Source: Sphyrna mokarran (taxonomy: Eukaryota). Taken from it: DNA of 64,000 nucleotides. This document shows positions 26,201 to 38,799 of the stretch, in pieces (positions within the stretch are counted from its first letter, which is position 1; each line of letters begins with the position of its first letter). A model generated the notes under the pieces. It ran no database searches and was not told the DNA's origin. It was given only the letters and a program-made list of their open reading frames with translations. The position numbers were made by a program, and so were the translations under genes. The DNA is taken from NCBI GenBank assembly GCA_024679065.1, contig JAGIQG010000077.1, positions 1 to 64,000 of the forward strand, written 5' to 3'.

Positions 26201-27180
26201 AGTGTCCCAGGGATCTGTTCTGAGACCCCTGCTGTTTGTTATTTTCATAAATGACCTGGATGAGGAAGTAGAGGGATAGGTTAGCAAGTTCGCCGACGAT
26301 ACAAAGATCGGTGGTGTTGTGGATGGTCTGGAGGGATGGCAAAAGTTGCAGCGGGACATAGACAGGATGCAAGACTGGGCGGAGAAGTGGCAGATGGACT
26401 TCAACGCAGATAAACGTGTATTGGTCCATTTTGGCAGGAATAATGGGATGAATGAGTACAATATAAGGGGTAGGAGTCTTAGCTGTGTTGTAGAGCAGAA
26501 GGATCTCGGCGTCCGGGTCCAGAAGACCCTTAAGTTGGCCTCGCAGGTGGAGGAAGTGGTCAAGAAGGCGTATGGTGTACTGACCTTCATTAATCGAGGA
26601 ATAAAGTTCAGGAGTCAGGAGGTAATGATGCAGCTCTATAAGATTGTTGTCAGACCCCAGTTGGAGTATTGTGCGCAGTTCTGGTCGCCTCATTATAGGA
26701 AGGATGTAGAGGCTATTGAGAGAGTTCGGAGGAGATTTACAAGGATGCTACCTGGATTATGAAGATAGGTTGAGGGAGCTGGGACTCTTCTCACTGGAGC
26801 GACGCAGGTTGAGAGGCGACCTGATAGAGGTTTATAAAATGTTGAGAGGGATAGATAGGGTGGACTCTCAGAGACTATTTCCCCGAGCTGAAATGGTCAC
26901 TACGAGAGGACACAGATTTAAGGTGCAGGGAAGCAAATACAAAGGAGATGTCAGGGGTAGGTTTTTCACTCAGAGGGTGGTGAGTGAATGGAACCGACTG
27001 TCGTCGGAGGTTATTGAGGCAAACTCACTGGGGTCTTTAAAGAGACTTCTGGATGAGTATATGGAAACGAATAGGATAGGGGGTTATAGATAGGCCTGTA
27101 GATTGGTCGTTGTGATAAGCGCAACTCATGGGCCGAAGAGCCTGTTTGTGCTGTATTGTTCTATGTTCTTTTTTCTATGA
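23260..27180 (+). mobile_element. Near-full-length CR1 (ORF1 SGNH-esterase C-terminus, APE endonuclease, RT), mutated, host of a nested CR1
   Basis: ORF1 end DLYSKDGWHLNPRGTNILA; APE motifs DVVAITETW and MGDFNFPNIDW; RT motifs [20 protein letters not shown] and FADDTK; several stops and frameshifts. Confidence 0.95.
24281..25045 (+). mobile_element. Younger CR1 (EEKGMV subfamily) nested in the CR1 at 23260-27180
   Basis: The host frame KYDNI|RQVIGRINW is split; atta is duplicated at 24277-24280 and 25046-25049; the insert has its own TTCTATG tail. Confidence 0.92.
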
Positions 27181-27229
27181 GTCTGCGCCACCCTATCCCC
27201 GTCACCTCACGTATTTACTCTGCTAATTC

Positions 27230-27660
27230 TTCTGACTCTCGGCTCAATTGAGCATGGTCAATCCACTTAACCCGCACATCTTTGGACACTAAAGGGCAAT
27301 TTGTCATAGCTAATCTAACTAACCTACATATCTCCGATATTAAGGAACATTTTCCCATGGCTTATCCACCTAACTTACACATTCTTTGACATTAAGGGCA
27401 ATTTACAATGGTTGATCCACCTAGCCTTCAGATCCTTTGACACTAAGGAGCAATTTACCATAGCTGGTCCGCTTAGCCGACACATCCTTTGGCAATAAGG
27501 GACACTTTAGTATTGCCAATCCACCTAACCCGCATATCTTTGGACACAAAGGTGCAATTTAGCAATGGTCAATCCACTTACCCCCCACATCTTTGGACAC
27601 TAAGGGGCAATTTAGCATGGCCAATCCACCTAACCTGCACATCTTTGGAACTTGTGGGAA
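27230..27660. repeat. ~52-bp minisatellite derived from the SINE core (about 8 copies)
   Basis: Unit gacactaaggggcaatttagcatggccaatccacctaacctgcacatctttg; also at 32490-32720, 37985-38340, 41150-41520 and 44510-45145. Confidence 0.9.
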
Positions 27661-28205
27661 AACAGGAGCACCCGCGGGAAGGCCGATGTAATTGAATGGG
27701 GGTGAATTACAGGGAGGCGAAGGGATGAACAAATGGTTTACTGCTGTGCTGAGATAGAGACCAATATTGGGGATATAATCACACATTTCAATTTTAAACA
27801 CTGACAGATTGGTCCCTGACCTTCAGATGCGTCATGATGTTTTAGCCAGATACTAAAAGGGGAAGAGGAGAAGAGGCCATTCGGCCTATCTCATCTATTC
27901 TGCCATCCAACATCACCATCCCTCACCATGTTTACAAACTTCACTTCTCCGTCCTTTCTCTTACTCATTAATCTGTCCGTTCTCACAAATGTGCTTCGGT
28001 GATTGAACATCCACGGTTCGTAACGGTAGCGAAGAAGAGGCAAAATATCAGAAAATCGAACTGGGAGGATTATGATAGGACAGTTCTGATTTAGACATTC
28101 ATGGATGCCCGCAGAGACATTTGTAATTTACAAAGTTAGGCTGCTTTTAGTAAAGTGCCCCGTTATTATTAAATGGATTGAAAAATAGTCATTGTGAATA
28201 GCTAC

Positions 28206-28517
28206 CTTTCTGAGATGAGAAACTGTCACTGAGAATACTGTCACTGGAGTTGACCCGAACAGTGCAGGTACAGCGAGCACCGCTTCTCCAAGTTTCCGCC
28301 GAGAGACTGATGTAACTCCTGACGGTGTAGGTCCCGTCTGGCTCCAGTGTCCCCGAATCGGTCCGTCCCTCGGTATCCCGCCCCAAAACATTCCAGCGGA
28401 CAGGAGAAGAATCGGGAGACACCCCTCTGACCAGGCACATCAAAGGGACCCTTTCCATGGCAGGAATCTCATCCAGCGGTGGGGTGAGGAGGAATATGGA
28501 GGGAGAACCCGCTAAAT
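28206..28517 (-). CDS. Gene B exon 3: C1-set Ig domain
   Basis: Acceptor tttgccag|, donor G|gtagc, 312 nt, phase 1-1. PSIFLLTPP...VPLMCLVRGV...RWN...DGTYTVRSYISLSAETWRSGARCTCTV. Confidence 0.93.
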
Positions 28518-28607
28518 CTGGCAAATGAAACGGAGAACATTGATTAACTGTGGAACAGGACACTTGCTCTGAGATACCCACTGCAATAGATTATTAATGA
28601 AATTTAC

Positions 28608-28946
28608 CTGTAATCACTAATTTGGAGCCATTTCCGAATATTTGAACCCTGTTCTGGTAATTGCGCTTTGCACAGTAATACATCCCGGAGTCATTTATTT
28701 GGGAATCCGTAATGATTAGTGAATAAAGACGCCCATTTTCAGAAATCTGGCTGGAAAATCTCCCGTCAGCTTGGCTGTTCTTGTATGCTGTGTAAACGAA
28801 ATCCATGCTGTTTTTCCCCCTCTGTCTGTACCAGAAGACAGAGCCAAAAGCTTGACCCTGGATGCGGCACCTGAGATTAACAGGACTTCCCGCAGGGAGC
28901 TTCTGAACCGGCGGAGACTGGGACACGGTGACCTGAGACATTGTAA
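28608..28946 (-). CDS. Gene B exon 2: V-set domain with germline-fused J (FGNGSKLVIT)
   Basis: Acceptor tctctttcccag|, donor G|gtaaat, 339 nt, phase 1-1. QVTVSQSP...VNLRC...FWYRQ...GRFS...YSLIITDSQINDSGMYYCAKRNYQNRVQIFGNGSKLVIT. Confidence 0.95.
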
Positions 28947-29119
28947 CTGGGAAAGAGAAATGGAGAGCACAACAGTCACCTCAGGTAATGGAGCATTCCC
29001 TGAATCCTTACACTTCAGAAAGAGGCCATTTGGTCCATCGAGTTTGCACTGATCACAATCCCTCCTATCCCTATTCCCGCAATATTCACACTGCTAATGC
29101 CCTGTTGCGAAGGGGCAAT

Positions 29120-29700
29120 TTAGAACAAAGAACAAAGTAGCACGGGAAACAGGCCCTTCGGCCCAACGAGCCCGCGCCGCCACCCCGATGTTTCCACCTC
29201 TACCCGTGATCCCCGTCCATGTTTATAGATCTATGGATTAAAAACAAAATTTGAGACAATTTAGGGAGAACTTGTTTTGCCAATCCCTTGTTGGACAACA
29301 AGGTGGACCAAAGCACCCGTAGGATAAAAACAAGTACATCAATATCATCATCTATTTACACACTTCCCAGGGACTCCAAAGGCTCATGATCCCTTTTTTA
29401 AATCAGTTTTCTATACCCCTCCATTCCCATTCTGTTCATGTGCCCATCTAAGTATCTCTTAAATAACTCCAGAGTACCTGCCTCTACCACTTTATTTGGC
29501 AGCGCATTCCATACCCCCATCACCCTCTGTGTGAAAAAACTCCCGCTGGCATGCAAATTATACATTACCCCCCCCTCACCCTTAGCCCGTGACTCCTCGT
29601 GCTATTCGAGTCCATCCTAGGAAAAAGCTTAACCCTGTTTACTCTATCTATACCCCTCATAATCTTGTACACCTCTATTAGATCTCCTCTAAGTCTATAG
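29120..29700 (-). mobile_element. CR1 3' fragment (long-UTR subfamily) in the gene B leader-V intron
   Basis: Similar to 12345-13060. Confidence 0.75.
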
Positions 29701-30476
29701 CATGGCTATTCAAACTAATCCGCGCATCTTTAGACTTTTGGGGAAGAGGAGCATCCGGAGTAAACACACGCAGACACGGGTTAAACGTGCAAGCCTGGCA
29801 CTGTGATGTGACAGTGTTAATGCACCGCTGATATCTTAGAGCACTTTCTAATTTTGCTTCGATTCTTCCCCTCCTCCGTTGACTTTGGGAGCTAAAACTT
29901 GTTCAGAAATGTACAACTGACTCTGAAGTTCTACTTGAAAATCTTTCTCCCAAGTCGCCAATATTGTTAAGGGAGCCCGTTACATAGCATATCTCAGGAG
30001 AAATGGCAAATCGGATTAACTCCATTCCAATCATTGTTATGAATCGACGTTGCATTTTCTCAGCAACATTTGATTCATTGTTAAGTTAAACTTGCACGCT
30101 AGATCACAACTTACAGAACTGATGAAGCTCGGGGTGAGGGGACTTTCGGCCCTTCCAATTTGAGTTGAATTTGTGAAAGATGTCACTAATATTATTGAAT
30201 TTCACGCCTTTATATTTGTATCCACTTCACCCATTTTGAAAGTTCCATTTCCCCCGTTTGAAAGTTCCTGTTGGATCTGCTTCCTCCGCCCTTTGAGACA
30301 AAACTTTCCAGATCACAACAACTCAGATGGGTTAAAAAATCCTCTAATCTCCCTCTACTTTTACCAAATTCATATTCCCTTGGTTCCAGAAACTCTTGCC
30401 AACGGAATCAATTTCTGCCTCTTCGCTCTGTCCAAATCCTTCTCCACTCTATCTGAATATAATGAGGATATCTCAC

Positions 30477-30519
30477 CCTGGAAGAGATGGAACAATGCAC
30501 AGATACCAAGGAAACCCAT
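30477..30519 (-). CDS. Gene B exon 1: signal-peptide exon (MGFLGICALFHLFQ-)
   Basis: AGAATGG start context, hydrophobic, 43 nt ending in G|gtgaga (phase 1); joins to VTMS-QVTVSQ. Confidence 0.8.
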
Positions 30520-30680
30520 TCTCCTTGAGCAAGACTGTGAGACTCTGAGCCCCTGACCTAAGGTTCACTGAGAACTCGCTCTTGTTCTCTCTGTGTGGGG
30601 GTGGAGTGGAATGCACGCACTATGTACATGAATGAAAACACGACAGGGGTTTGAAAATAGAACCGAGGTAGAGAGCTCCC

Positions 30681-30695
30681 TGCGGTTTTCCTGTT
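30681..30695. promoter_or_regulatory. Adjacent RUNX (TGCGGT) and ETS (TTCCTG) motifs about 160 bp upstream of the gene B ATG
   Basis: tgcggttttcctgtt; motif match only. Confidence 0.3.
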
Positions 30696-31107
30696 TACTA
30701 CAGGTCCAGTGCTGGCGAGCATTCGGCATGTTCTCCAAATTGCCTCAAATGTCTCACTCTCATCAATTATACCAGACATGGAGTGCAGAGCACCGCTCTT
30801 CCGAATTTGGTAAGGATTCCCAGGTAGTGGAAAAGGTGCAGTTAACATTTCACAACGAATGATACCAGAAATGAGGGCGTGCAACTGTCAGTGAGTCTTG
30901 AAGAGGTTGGAGCTCTTTATCTCTGAAAGAAAAATTGAAAATCGAGAGCTGATCTACTGAAATATTTACAATTATGAAATGGTTCAACAAGGCAGAAGTA
31001 GGATTCCAAAATATTGCAGAATGAATTTGTCGCAAGCAGGAATTCAGCACAAAAATGTAAATTGGAAGAATGGGGGGAATATAGAACTCGATTGCAAAGG
31101 GAATGCT

Positions 31108-31680
31108 TTTGATTTGATTTGATTTGATTTGATTTATTATTGTCACATGTATTGGGATGCTGTGAAATGTACTGTTTCTTGCGCTCTGCACAGACAAAGC
31201 CTACCGTTCAGAGAGTACAAAGATTTGATTATTGTCACACGTATTGGGATATAGTGAAAAGCATTGTTTCTTGTGCGCTGCACAGACAAAGCATACCATT
31301 TATAGATTGCACAGATTTGATTTATTATTGTCACATCTATTGACAGTAAAAAGTATACCTTCTTGCATGCGTAAACGGACAAAACATATCGTTCATAGAG
31401 TATATAGATTTGATTTAGTACTGTCACATGTAATCGGATACTGTGAAAAGTATTGATTCTTACTCACTATACAAAGTATACCATTCATAGAGTGAATAGA
31501 TTTGATTTGTTTTTGTCACATGTATTGGCATACAGTGAAAAAGTATTGTTCTTTTCGCGGTATGCAGACAAAGCACACGATTCATAGAGTACACTGATTT
31601 AATGTATTATTGTGACATGTACTGAGATACAGTGAAAAGTAATATTTCTTGCGCGCTATACAAACAAAGCATGCCGTTGG
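31108..31680 (-). repeat. Tandem ~95-bp LINE-3'-end copies (about 6) with a (GATTT)n tail
   Basis: Reverse complement of the 22340-22690 unit. Confidence 0.85.
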
Positions 31681-34600
31681 TGAAAGGTGATAGTAGTGTC
31701 AGAATCATCGTCAGGATGTAGAGAAAGTTCAATTTAATGCAGTGTGGGTCCATTTTTCGTTGGATAGTAATTCACGTGACAATAATAAATCAAACCAAAT
31801 CAAATTAAAATCTGCCAATTAATAAAAAATCACACTATTAAAGTCATTCTGATTATGGCGTTAGTTGCCCCATTTTCCTCCTCACGTCCACTTGAGACGA
31901 ATGACAAAGATGTATTTTAGCTGGGCAGCTGGATAGACACCAATGAGAGAAAGGAGTGGAAGGACATGTGGATGGAATGATAGAAAGAAGGAATGGGGTA
32001 CCTCTGGAGCATTGACAGCAGCTGATAGGCCGAATGGTGCAAAACTGTTCTGTGCTTTTAATGTAATTGTGTCAGAAAAACATGAAATCAAATCCACCCT
32101 TTGATACTCTGATGTGTGAACTGTTATTGCTGCCTCTATGCTTTACCTGGGCTGCAAAAAGGGCATGGTCCACATTATTTCAGAGAGATTACAGTCGCCT
32201 AGCTTAATGTCAAGCCTGGCACGAACACAGGCTGCCCGCAGGTTCTTGGTAGTCGATGATATATCTTTACTAGTGCACTTACTATTGAAATGTAGGAGAT
32301 TCAGTCAGGTTCATCCGAAACGGGATGCTGAAAATTGACAATTGATAAAGCTTGGATAAATTAACTTATAGAACTATAAAACTCCTATAACGCAGAAGGA
32401 AGGCCATTCATCCCATTGAGCCTGCACAACCAGCAAACCCACCCGGGCGCAATCGCCGTGACCCCACATAGTTAGCCTGCTAATTCCCCTGACACTAAAG
32501 GACAATTTAGCATGGCCGATCGACCAAACCCGCACATCTTTATCCACTAAGGCGCAATTTAGCATGGTCAATCCGGCATTCTGAATATTTTTGGAAATTA
32601 GGGCCAATTTAGCGTGGCCAATCAACTGAGCATGGCCAATCAGACAACTGGCACATACTTGACCACTTCAGGGGCAATTTTGCACGACCAATCCAGAATA
32701 TCTGTACATCTTTGGACATTAGGCCGAAAAGAGGTGTTTAAAATTATGAAGGGCATTGTTAGGGTGAACTGTGGAAAGGTTTTTCCCAAGTCTGAGGTGA
32801 CGAGCACAAGGGGTCACAAGTTCAAGCTCAGGGGAAGGGGGCCAGCAAGGTTCAGCACAGATGTCAAGGGGACAAATCGTACACAGGGTGTGGTGGGGGC
32901 CTGGAATGCACTGCCAAGCAAGGTTTGGATGGTCGAAGGGCCTGTTCCTGTGTTGTACTGTTCTTTGTTCTAAGGGGCAATTAAGCATGGTCAATCCACC
33001 TAACTAGCACATTGTAGGACGTTGGCATTTAAACTTACAGTGTTCTAATTTACAGATCCTGTCCCAGGTGCCCCAATCGTCATTTCTATTAATTTCTGTT
33101 GCTTCTTTTGACAAATCCTCTTAAATCAATGCCATGCAACTTTCGGTATTTTGCCTTTTCATCAATATGGTATTCGTTCTTTTTTTTTACAGAAATGACA
33201 AATGCTGATAGAACACAGAAACAGACAAGGTTCTAAACTCAAAACCAAATAAAAGTAACAGGATTTGATCTATTTAAGCTAATCTACGTCCTTTATCTGA
33301 ATATAGGCTTTCTTAATATAGAGAGAGTAACACTGTTTATTTATTATTGTGCTTCTAGAAAGCCAGCATACCCTTTATTGTGAAAAAAAACTTCGTTAAC
33401 ATGACAGACAAGCCTATTTAAATAGCAGCTGCCTTGTTACTTGTTCTCTACACAGCTTAGTAGTGCACTTGCTTTCGACTGTATGACGATCAATTGACAT
33501 TCTTGATTAACCATTTACCAAGTGGTGGTAGTTATAGGACGGATGTCAGAGTTAGGTTCTCTACTCACAGGGTAGTTAGGGTGTGGAACGCCCTGTCTGC
33601 AGCAGTTGTGGACTCGCCAACTTTAAGGGCGTTCAAATGGCCAGTGGATAGACATATGAATAACATTGGAATAGTTTAAGTTAGAGGGTCATTAGATGGT
33701 TCCACTGGTCTGCGCAAGATCGAGGGCCGAAGAGCCTGTACGACGCTATAATGTTCTACAGTCTATGTACTATGTCCTACGTTCTATTACTGATTAATCT
33801 GAGTGCTTGGGCACAGTACATTTGGTCCCCAACTCCTAATAATCTACCATTGATTCCTAGAACGATAAAGTTGCCCTGTGATGTGAGACTGAAAAAATAT
33901 GTAGAACGGGAAAATGAGACTTCAACGCATTGAAAGGCAATATTTTGAAGGATAGTCACATGCCAGGTCCGAAAGACTTTGATTCCCCCTTGGCTGGAAA
34001 GTATGTCACATAACCTCAGGGTAAAGGAATTGCCATTTCAGAATGCGAGGAGAAGAATTTTCTGCCCCTAGAGGATAATGCATCTTTAGGCTCTCCCCAA
34101 GTGACCTGTCGATGTTCAGTCACTCATAACACGGTCCCTGGAGAAGTGAGACAGTGGTGCTATCCACTGTGTCACCATGCCGCCCAGGAACTCAGTCAAT
34201 GGACTAAAAGTCAACGGTGACTGGCACAAGCAGGATCAATGAATGTAATGTTGTTACTGGAAAATAAGGGCTCAAACTATGGATCAAACACCTAGGCTCA
34301 AAATTCAAATGTGTAAAAAGTATATTGTGTAAAAAGTATTTTGAGTCGGAGCTATTCGCTCTGTTATGAAACAAGAAACTAGTTCGTATTTTGAAGTCAC
34401 AAATATTAGAGGAACATTTATTCAAATGTTCCAATTAGACATCCCAGCAGAATCAGCTGCTTACGTGAAACAAAGCCCTAATTAGGATACGGTTTAGAGC
34501 ACGGTTTTCCATGATACTTACTGTAAAGCGTCAACATGCACCACCCTAACAGACTGAAGACACTTATAAACTGCCAGTGGATCAACTCTTTCGTTTTTGG

Positions 34601-35629
34601 GAGTTCGAGTTGATCCAAAGAGATTAGTAAAACAGTAAATTCAATATTCCAGTTTCCCTACAAGACTCTATAGCAATTATTCCAACAGGGAACGTTCAAA
34701 AGAATGAGGAGGAACAGAGCTGGATGACCAGAGCTAGATCCATATATCTTAATGTGAAGGCCCTAGTAGAACGAATTAGTGCCACAACAGGTTGGGAGGT
34801 GAACAGAGAGGGCGCTCCTTCCGGAATGGTTGAAATGCTCTGCAAAAAAAGCTATGACCTTTAAAGTCAAGGAAAATAGAGATTTTCAGCAGAGAACGGG
34901 GCTTGGCAGCAGATAGAGAAAGACAGAGGGGCGTTGGCTGTGGCCACGCTTGCATGGTGTGACCTTAAGAGAGACGCCTCACTCACAGCCCTTTCGGGGA
35001 CTGTGCAAAAGCAGCAATCGCTGGTCAGATTCTGACGACGTTGAGACAGAAAGTTGTCAGAGACTATAGCTCAATGTGGTTTTTCGCTTGTTTACAGTTG
35101 AGATGCTACGCCTACCCAACTGCCTCCAGAGATCAGACGCTGAGACACAATGTAAAACCGCAGACAGTTGGTCATTCGAGATAGGTTTAGCTGCACAGAG
35201 AACCTGCTGATCTACAATTAAGCTATATTACAGGAAACTATTCAAAAGAATATTTGTCACAATTTGGAAGCATTGCTAGTGTTGATTATAATTTGCAGAA
35301 ACCCCCTCTGATTCACAACAGACGCACTCATTTCATCTGCAGGTCAGAGGAACTGCAGTTTGTACATTCTACACTGAAGCAGCAAATCACTGAGATTTCC
35401 AACATAATTTCAATCAAATTACATATAATTCATACAATATTTTCACTTCTCTTTCTTCGGCAGAAATCATGTGCAATCTCTTTACAGAATGAATTAGATT
35501 GAACACAATTACATTACAACATGCTGGCACACAGCCCCTGGAACTTGGCTTCGATTCCTGCCTGTCACTGTCTGCCTGGAATCTCAATGTTCTGCTCATG
35601 TCTGCGCAGGTTTCCTCTGGGTGTTCGGT

Positions 35630-37465
35630 TAGAACATAGAACATAGAACATTACAGCACAGAACAGGCCCTTCGGCCTTCGATGTTGCGCCGACCAATAT
35701 AAAAAGCAATGACCCTCCAAACTAAACCATTCCCTTCTCTTCCATATACTTATCAACTAACCTCTTAAACGCCACCAAAATGGCGCATCTACAACCGCTG
35801 CAGGCAGGGCATTCCACTCCCGAACCACCCTTTGGGTAAAGAACCTGCCTCTGATATCCGTCCTATAACTATCACCCCTTAATTTAAAGCTGTGTCCCCT
35901 CGTGCTAGCTTTTTCCATCCTAGGAAAAAGGCTATCACTGTCCACCCTATCTAAACCTCTAATCATCTTATATGTTTCGATTAGGTCCCCTCTTAGCCTC
36001 CTCCTTTCTAACGAAAACAACCTCAAATCCCTCAGCCTCTCCTCATAAGACCTGCCCTCCATACCAGGCAACATCCTGGTAAACCTCCTCTGTACCCTCT
36101 CCAATGCCTCCACATCTTTCTTATAATGTGGGGACCAGAACTGCACACAATACTCCAAGTGCGGCCGCACTAGAGTTTTGTACAGTTGCAACATGACGTT
36201 GCGGCTCCGAAATTCAATCCCTCTACCAATAAAAGCCAAGACTCCATATGCCTTCCTAACAACCTTCTCGACCTGACTGCCTACTTTCAGGGATCTATGC
36301 ACATACACACCAAGATCCCTCTGTTCATCTAGACTACTAAGAATCCTACCATTTGCCCTATACTCTACACATTTATTATTTCTGCCATAGTGCATTACCT
36401 CACACTTTTCCACATTAAACTCCATTTGCCACCTCTCGGCCCAGCTCTGCAACTTGTCCAAGTCCCTCTGCAAACTATAACACCCCTCTTCACTATCTAC
36501 CACTCCACCGACTTTAGTGTCATCTGCAAATTTACTAATCCATCCTTCAATACCCTCATCCAGATCATTTATAAAATTTACAAACAGCAGGGGCCCCAAA
36601 ACAGACCCCTGAGGTACACCACTTGTCACCGAACTCCACGATGAATATCTCCCATCAACCACCACCCTCTGTCTTCTATCTGCTAGCCAATTCCTAACCC
36701 AATTAGCTAAATCACCCTCTATCCCATACATCTGCATTTTCTGCAGAAGTCTTCCATGGGCCACCTTATCAAACGCCTTACTAAAGTCCATATATACCAC
36801 ATCAACCGCCTTACCCCCATCCACCTCTTTGGTCACTTTTTCAAAAAACTCAATGAGGTTAGTAAGGCACGACCTACCCTTCACAAAACCATGCTGACTA
36901 TCCCCAATCAATTCATTTCTCTCTAAATAACTATAAATCCTATCCCTAATAATTCTCTCCAATACTTTGCCCACCACAGAAGTAAGACTCACTGGCCTAT
37001 AATTCCCTGGAAGGTCTCTCTTCCCCTTCTTGAACAATGGGACCACATTCGCTATCCTCCAGTCCTCCGGAACCACACCCGTAACCAACGAGGACCTGAA
37101 GATCAGAGCCAGAGGCTCTGCAATCTCCTCTCTTGCCTCCCAGAGAATCCTAGGGTAAATCCCGTCCGGCCCAGGGGACTTATCCAACTTCAAACCCTCG
37201 AGAATATCTAGCACATCCTCCCTATCTACTTCGATACCTTCCAGTTTGCTACCCTGTACCTCAGTGTTCTCCATAACTACATTTACATCACCCTGCGTGA
37301 ATACCGAAGAGAAATATTTATTCAGTACCTCTCCAATCTCCTCAGGCTCCACGCACAACTTCCCACTGCTGTCTATGACTGGCCCTAATCTTGCCCTAAC
37401 CAATCTTCTATTCTTAACATATCTAAAGAAAGCTTTAGGATTCTCCCGAATCCTATCAGCCAAAG
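35630..37465 (-). mobile_element. CR1 LINE, 5'-truncated, long open RT frame (tandem unit 1)
   Basis: 596-aa ORF with the full set of RT motifs; its N-terminal ~25 aa come from flanking DNA. Confidence 0.95.
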
Positions 37466-38799
37466 AGGTTTTCCTCTCACAGTCTGAAAATGTGCAGCCT
37501 TGGTGGATTGCTCCTGCTAAATTGCCTCTTCGTGTCCAAAGATGCAACGTTTAGCCTGATTAGCCACGTAAATTATCCCTTAGTGTTCAAACATATGCAG
37601 GGTAGGTGGATTGACCAGACCCAACTCCCTTTCATGCTTTTCAATGTACCGGATAGAAAGATCGATAATGCTAAATTCATAGGATAGGATCATAGAACAC
37701 CTAATATGTAGATTTCCCCTTTAGTGTCCCGAGGTGCGTAGGCCAAGTGGATGTTCCGCATCTTCTAGGGGCACTTTATCATTCTGGTATTCCAGCTAAT
37801 CTGTCCGTGTCGTCTGGAGGTCGAACTCTCACTGTTTGCATGTGCACTGGCAGGAATACTGAACATGATCAGAGACTGCCTGCAGTGCAGAAGGAAGCAC
37901 TGATTTACCCAGATCCACATCACCCACCTTATCTCTATAACAACACACAATGAACACTAAAAATTCACCTAGAAGATACATCGTTGGCACTAATGGGCAA
38001 TTTAACATCCACACATCTTTGGATACTAAGGAGCAATTTAGCATGGCCAATCCACCTAATTTGCACATCTTTAGCCATTAAGGGACAATTTAGCACGGTC
38101 AATCCACCTAATCTACACATATTTAGACACTAAGGGGCAATTTGGCATGGCCAATCCATCTAACCTGCACATTTTGGTCACTAATGTGCAATTTAGCATG
38201 GCCAATCCACCTAATTTTCACATCTTTAGACAGTAGGGGACAATTTAGATTGGCCAATCCACCTAATCTACGCATAGTTAGACACTAAGGGGCAATTTGG
38301 CATGGCCAAACCACCCTAACCTACACATCTTTGGACATCACCATTTTTGAAACAACAATGCACTTCATTCTTGCTAAGGAATACACATCCCGCGAATGAA
38401 TTGAAATTTAGATGAAATAGAAAACATATCACCAAACAATTAATGTACTGTAACACTCCCTGAAGACATGCTGCCTGTTCATCGCTATGACGCACAGTCG
38501 ATGACCACACTATGTCAAGTGAATGTGGAATTCACCAGCACACCGCACCAAACTTGTGTCATAGTTTCCATTGCACGGCCCGTCATAAATTCCACTGTAT
38601 CTGAAAGAGACCAAGCCCTCTGGGTTTGAGCTAAGGTCAACCTGCAGCCATTAACTCAACAGAAACAAACAGGTCCACAAAACATGTAGAAATAGCCCGT
38701 AAAGATATCCAAAGAATTGTTATATGCAAGATTCATTTTCTTGCTGTTGCAGGTTTATGTTGAGTAAGAGAGGTAAGAACTGTCTGCTAGAATAAGTAT

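Noticed and set aside
27821-27852. Possible gene B stalk exon (strong polypyrimidine acceptor, gtcag donor)
   Set aside because: It is 32 nt, has an in-frame stop after VSG, and the pyrimidine tract abuts a repeat tail; at most a minor truncated isoform.
28594-28946. Rearranged or germline-joined Ig light chain or TCR gene
   Set aside because: A 90-bp V-C intron, a downstream uncharged TM exon, atypical C1 motifs and no RSS or separate J segments do not fit IgL (no TM) or TCR (charged TM, stalk Cys). No gene symbol assigned.
35757-37547. 596-aa ORF as a host gene or intact retrotransposon
   Set aside because: It is a 5'-truncated CR1 ORF2 lacking the endonuclease; the start codon is borrowed from flanking DNA.
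37747-38068. Short ORFs repeated in each tandem unit
   Set aside because: The identity reflects the recent triplication; there is no domain signature, and the candidate acceptor (tatag) is mutated in units 2 and 3.
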